Assembly (NCBI GenBank): GCA_016748015.1
Contig: JAAOMT010000175.1
Span: 408,212 to 472,211 of the forward strand
Source: Geosiphon pyriformis uo1
Taxonomy: Eukaryota > Fungi > Glomeromycota
DNA length: 64,000 bases
Direction: 5' to 3'
Positions within the stretch are counted from its first letter, which is position 1, and each line of letters starts with the position of its first letter. Below are positions 58,771 through 64,000 of the stretch, one piece after another. A program made the position numbers and the translations under genes. The notes beneath the pieces are model-generated. The model was not told where the DNA came from. It made no database searches and saw only the letters and a list, made by a program, of their open reading frames with translations.

Positions 58771-59889
58771 TTTTTTAAACATATTATTAGAAGAAATAAA
58801 ATAAAACATAACTTAAACAAAGTCCAAAAAGTTAAAAATTTTTTTGTTTCAATCAATCTCTATAAATTTCGAAAAATTTTAAAACTTACCAAATATTACT
58901 GCTGCTTTATCAAAAATTTTTCAAACATTATTAAACTTTTTTATTATTTGTTTTTAAAATATATATTATATAAATAAAAAAATAAACAATAAAAAATCTT
59001 TGATTATTTTAAGCATAAATTTGTTGAAGCTTTAATTTTAATCTATTTAAATTTTAATAAATAGTTTATCATAATTATAAATACTTTAAAAACAGTTTTA
59101 TTTCAAATTAGATCTAATAATTAAAAACAATTTATTATTTATACTAACTAAAATATTAAGATAGTCAAAAAAATATACAGTATTATAGATTTAAAATGTT
59201 TTATTATTTACTAGATTATATAAAACTGAAAACATTATTTTTACCAATCATTTAATTTATATACCAATTATAAAAAATTAATTTGGTTATTCAGCAAACC
59301 CTAATTAGAAAAAAATACACAAGATAGAATACTTATTTACAACAATTTTCTTATAAAATACATTATAAAAAAAGAGCCAAAAACACCAATACTAACAGTT
59401 TATTAAAAATAATTTAAATTTAATCTCTAATCTATAAATACACTTATTTATTAACAATTATATTAATATTTATTAACACTTTAGTTTAAAAAGAAACTAT
59501 TTTAACAGAAACAAAATGCTATATAAAAACAAATTTAAAACTATCTTATTTATAATAAACAGTTATATTAACAAAAATGCCAAAATTATATTACATTACA
59601 ACAAGTCATAAAAAATACAGAAAAAAAAACAATCTTATATAATATGTATTCTAATTTAATTATTAAACACTTTAACAAAAATATTATCTTAAAAAAAATA
59701 ACTAATCTATACTATTATTCATAATATATAAAAATATTTTTGAATATATTCACAATTATAACTTTTGCCAATAAAAAAAAACCCAAAACAACAGAACTAT
59801 TTTAATTTATTTCAGTTAAAAATTTATTTGATAAAATTAAAATTAATTTGATTAAACTTTTTTTAATTATCTTCAAAAAAAAAATTAAA

Positions 59890-62800
59890 AAAACATAAAA
59901 AAAATTTACTTTTTTCTCTCCTTCATCTAAAATTCCCAAAAAAGAGTTAAAAGTTTTTTCGAAAGAAGTTTTTTACCATTCAGTACGATAAATCAAAACC
60001 ATTTTTCAATTACAAGGCCACTGTTGGCTCTGTTATTGCTGTTATGAAGAAGACTACCAAAGTTTCTGGTTCTGAGGATGGTTTTAAGATGGTCATGTCG
60101 AGGAAAAAGAGAAAGGGTGGTGTATTGGCAGAGAGTGTTGATAATAGAGAGGTTGCTGATAAAGCTCTTGGTAATTGTTCATGGGGTTCTGAGGTGGGTA
60201 ACACTACTGAATCTGAGAGTATTGACATGGAGAAGGAGTGCTTGGTTGAGGAAACCAGTGTTGACTATAGTGAGAATAATGCTTTCGCAGAAGGGGATCC
60301 TGATCAAATGCCTAAAAGTTTGCATGTAAAGACCAAAAAGGTGTTAGAGAAGCCTCTGGGTGTGATTGATTATGGTATTGTTAATGCAGACGATGACGTG
60401 TTAAATGGTTTTTTCCTTCTCCCACCCTCTTTACCTATCAAACCGTCCATTCAAGTGTCTGTTCGCAAATCCTTTACTTTGAATATTGATCTCATGGCTG
60501 TTGCTGGGAAATCATCTCAGGAGAAATTGAACTTTGTCAAAAAATTTTTTTCAGGTGTGAATGGTTTTGGGGGGGCCTCTACTCCCTCAAAATTTGGTGG
60601 AATCATTCGGACATCTTTCATTTCTGAAAAAGTGATGATGGCGGCTGCTTAATTGGCAAATAATCGTGGTATTGTGGTAAACACCGATCTTAAGCACCCT
60701 ATCAACAATCATACGAATCAGGCAATTGTGTTAAAAAAAATTCCTGTGGGAACTTCTATTGAGGCAGTGTGTGCAGCCATTTCTGAATTTGGGCTTATTA
60801 AGTCAATCAAAATGCAGTTGGTGGGTCTATGGCAAAAGGCAATCATTGAATTGGAGGATCAAATTCAGACTAATTTCTTGGCAGCTAAGTGGTCCATCCT
60901 TATTGGGAAAGATGCAGTGCATGTGGCCCAGGCCGATGTTGACAAACAGATGTGGGATGCCAGAGATGAGTTCAGGGCTTTGCTTTACACTCTTCTTATG
61001 GGCACCACTGCTCATGATCTTTGAGACTTCATTGGTTCAGTTGGTGGAAAAACATGTGTTATTGAACGCAGCTCTGTCAGTTATGTCTGGGAATGCTGTG
61101 CCACTGTGTGCTTTAATTCTGAGGGTAGCCTTATTCAGACAATGGCAAACACTTCTGTTATAAAAGGCATTGGTCTCATTTAACCACTGCACTGTGCTCA
61201 ATTTGCAGAAATTCTGGTTATACTTCTCTTGCTTGTCATACTGCTGGTGTGTCCTCAAGTCTTAGAAGCAAGAAAGCTCTTCTCTCAGCTCAAGATCAGC
61301 TCTGTTTGGCTAAAATATATGAAAAAAAATCTGCCCCTGTTTCCCATCCTTTGGCTTTCGGTGGAAAAACTTGGGCCTTCATGGTTGGTAAACTACTTCC
61401 ATTAATGTCATTTAGTGGTTCAGCTCAATCTGGTTCTGTATCTTATAGTAAACCTCTCTTAACTGTTAGTGGTGAATTGAAAAAACGTTTGAAGAATATT
61501 GAGAGCAGTCTTGTCAGCCTCACGGAACAAATTGGTGAGTTGGCTAAGAGGTTGGACTCATTCGTGCTGGCAGTTTCTCAGCCTAGCCCTGGATGTCAGC
61601 TGCCGGTGACCTCCCCATTGCAGAATCAAGGGGAGAATATAGTAATGGGAATGGGTTTAGATGATGCCACTAGTAACAAGACTGCTGCCATTCTTGGTTT
61701 AACTGCCTCACCTAAGGTTGTGAAATTGGAAAACATGTTGGAAGATCTTTCTGCTTCGATCATGAGTCTATCAGCACTGTTATGGGATGGTTTTCTTGTT
61801 ATATTTAATTGCTGATATCCCGTTTTAATTGCAATTAGTCTTTCGTGAGTTCCTCAATTCTATTTGTGTGATAATGTCACTGTTACACTGAAGGCTTTTT
61901 TTTTACTGTTGCAATGTAAGTTATTCTTCGATTCTTGATTGTTGTGTGTGTTTATGTACTCCTTCTTAAAGACTGAACTGAAATTTACCCACTGTCTGGG
62001 GTCTTCTCTGAGGCTATCTTTGCAATTGTCTGATGTGTTTCTCTAATTTAGAAACACAGAATGTTAATGGTCTTTAGCGCTTTTCTAATTCTTACAATAA
62101 AGCTTTTATCAATTAGTAACAACGTGAATAATCTTGATCAAAGATTATTCTTCCAAGGGATTCAGTTGATGAATGATAGTTTCATTCAATAAATAATACA
62201 AGTAAGTTTCTTAATACTTTGAGTTGTGATAGTTCAGTTTTAAATATTCTTTTTCATTTCTTTTTGATTTTAAAGTTTTATGATTCTTTTTGCTAAATTC
62301 TTAAACCATAACAGTGTGCTTGGATGGTTTGGCTTTGGCTGGTGGTGCTCTTCCTCTATCTCATTCTCAATGAATGGTCTGGTATAGAAAATTGCTATGT
62401 GTAATGTTTGTGGATTGAACAATCCTGCGAAGCAAGATGATGTCATTTATTGGCACAGAGATATGAACAATTTGGTTTCAATTGTTACTGAGACAAAGTT
62501 AAAAGATAGAGTTCGGCCTTGAATTGCTAATAAATTTGATGGTGTTCAGGTCTTTGTTTCTGGTTTGGATTCTGGTTACCTTGGTTCTGGTGTGGCGATC
62601 ATTATAAACAACACTCTGGCAAAACATGTATATAAAGTTGTTGAGGTTCCTGGATGACTTTTGTCTGTCAAGTTGCTCTTCAGAAATAAGCTCTCAGTGT
62701 CGATTCTGGGTTTGTATGTGGGTGCTTTAGTGTTTACACACTTCTTGCAAGCGGATAAGATAAACCATGATGGTTTGGACCAAGAGAAGGTGTTTTTTTC

Positions 62801-64000
62801 TCTTCTTTGGCACATATTTTATGATCTTCTTTTGTGTGAAGTCAAGAGACAAAAAAGTGTATATGGATACAGATTGGACTCTCGCTTTGTAACCAGAACT
62901 GGTTGCTTTAAATTTTGGACTGGTTTGATTTTTTTTTTTGCTGTAGGTGCTTTTGTCGATGATACTATTTGGGTTGGTAGCAGTTAGGCTGCTATGCAAC
63001 ATATTCTTAATGTTGCTAGTGAATTTTTTTGGATCAATAATATTTCAATTAATAATGACAAAATGGTAGCCATTTCTATTAATTGCAGAGTCTCTGAGCC
63101 TTGTTTGCTGATCAGCAGTTTGCCTATTTCAATAGCCAAAAAAGGAGAGTCTTATTAGTACTTGGGCATTTTTCTGTTTACTTAAGGTTTGTCGAATCCT
63201 AGCTTGGCCAAGACCCATCTAAATGTTTAGTTTTTTACCAATCTCGTGCTGAGGAAGACTGTCTCTAACAAACAGTTCTCGTATTTGGTGTCAGCAGTTC
63301 TTCACTTCATTATTACATACAAAACTCAGTTCAGTTTTGTTTCTATTAATGTATGTGCGAAATGAGACACTATGATTTGCAAGGGTCTGAAATCCAAATT
63401 TGGCTTGCCATGTGACTTTTCCAATGATGTTATTCACCACCTTTCTTTATATGATTTGAAGTCTTTTGAACAGATTCAAGCTGAAAACAAGTCAGCTTCT
63501 GTTGTTGGTTTTGTCAATTCTGTTGATATCTTGAGCCATTTGTTTGTGCATAGATTATATAACTTGCAGGTTTTCAGCTGGCACCCTTGCCACCTCCTGT
63601 TTTTTTCTTTACATGTTAATATCAATCCTTCAAATAACTTTTTGGCCAGCATTATCTGGATTTTTTTGGGGTGCAACTTTTCTCTGAATGGTCTTGTGAC
63701 TAATGCTTTTTGTTTTCCAAGTGAAACTCTTATGTCTGTCATTCTTGGTAAGCCCACCTTTTATAAATATGTTTTTTCACTTCAGCATTATGGAATTGCT
63801 TTGTTGAGCAGCTTTGCAGTCATACTGGTTCTGTTTTCGAATGGAAGACTTTCAAGCAGTGGAAAAGATTGGACCCTCAGAACCCAGTTTCTTATTGGTT
63901 TGATGTTTCTGTTTGCTATCTGAATAATTCTGGGCTGTCTTCTGTTTGCAATTCTCTGTTGCCATGCATTGGTTTGTCTAACATTCTTGAGTCTTATAAG
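59890..64000 (+). mobile_element. LINE retrotransposon: ORF1 (60044-62373, interrupted) and ORF2 (from 62370; APE start, internal deletion, RT); inactivated by stops; runs off the window
   Basis: APE N-terminus *KIAMCNVCGLN..IVTETKL; RT GLDQEKVFFSLLWHIFYD and FVDD (~62952); multiple in-frame stops. Confidence 0.88.
61778..62313. mobile_element. 536-bp solo LTR (TGTTATGG...CCATAACA) inserted in LINE ORF1
   Basis: 8-bp inverted termini with TG...CA ends; flanks GCAC/GTGT; removing the element and one 4-bp flank restores ORF1 (TCA GCA CGC TTG GAT, SARLD). Confidence 0.75.

Larger units (their letters stand above)
49950..59880 (+). mobile_element. Hypermutated Ty3/Gypsy LTR retrotransposon (gag, protease, RT, RNase H, start of integrase), interrupted by a hAT and a LINE
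   Basis: Legible relics: gag-like *YQSFAK.PTDFAVFKL (~50582), protease KLIFNSE (~51787, from LILDSG), RT KKNEKIRFCMNY (~56198), LNLASRY*QI (~56328), IYLNNTNI (~56512), FFEH|II, RNase H VEALILIYLNFNK*FIII (~59023). Boundaries approximate. Confidence 0.8.

Noticed and set aside
61775-62316. Insert as a CACTA/CMC element with CACTG...CAGTG ends
   Set aside because: With those ends there is no TSD and excision leaves ORF1 two bases short. TG...CA ends with a 4-bp TSD restore the frame.

Overview
Eukaryotic, intron-rich fungal DNA, most likely Mucoromycota/Glomeromycotina. The LINE and Gypsy peptides and gene style resemble Geosiphon-type genomes, but this is recognition only, not a database result. 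Positions 1-44.3 kb are a gene-dense compartment of spliced genes that I reconstructed by hand from GT/GC-AG boundaries: an orphan disordered protein, a class-3 lipase, YTH1/CPSF30, SSZ1-type Hsp70, PWP2, TOM22, ETF-beta, RPB9, a ~1219-aa Q/S-rich protein with three HMG boxes, aldehyde dehydrogenase, MET14, HEM2, an M16 metallopeptidase with more than 30 introns, an O-methyltransferase and a 5'-broken PD-(D/E)XK-like gene. At ~44.4 kb the sequence switches abruptly to a transposon graveyard. It holds an extremely AT-rich Ty3/Gypsy element whose catalytic motifs are still legible but converted by C>T/G>A transitions (YLDD>YLNN, DSG>NSE). Nested in or next to it are a decayed hAT transposon, a 5'-truncated minus-strand LINE with tail and TSD, and a younger plus-strand LINE that carries a solo LTR. 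The main leads are: (1) a RIP-like, repeat-restricted, transition-only hypermutation that also hits non-CpG cytosines, in a lineage where RIP is not the textbook expectation; (2) a 2-nt micro-exon needed to keep the M16 peptidase in frame; (3) a hybrid 2x MATA/SOX-type + 1x HMGB-type HMG protein; (4) RPB9 with a spliced acidic C-terminal extension.
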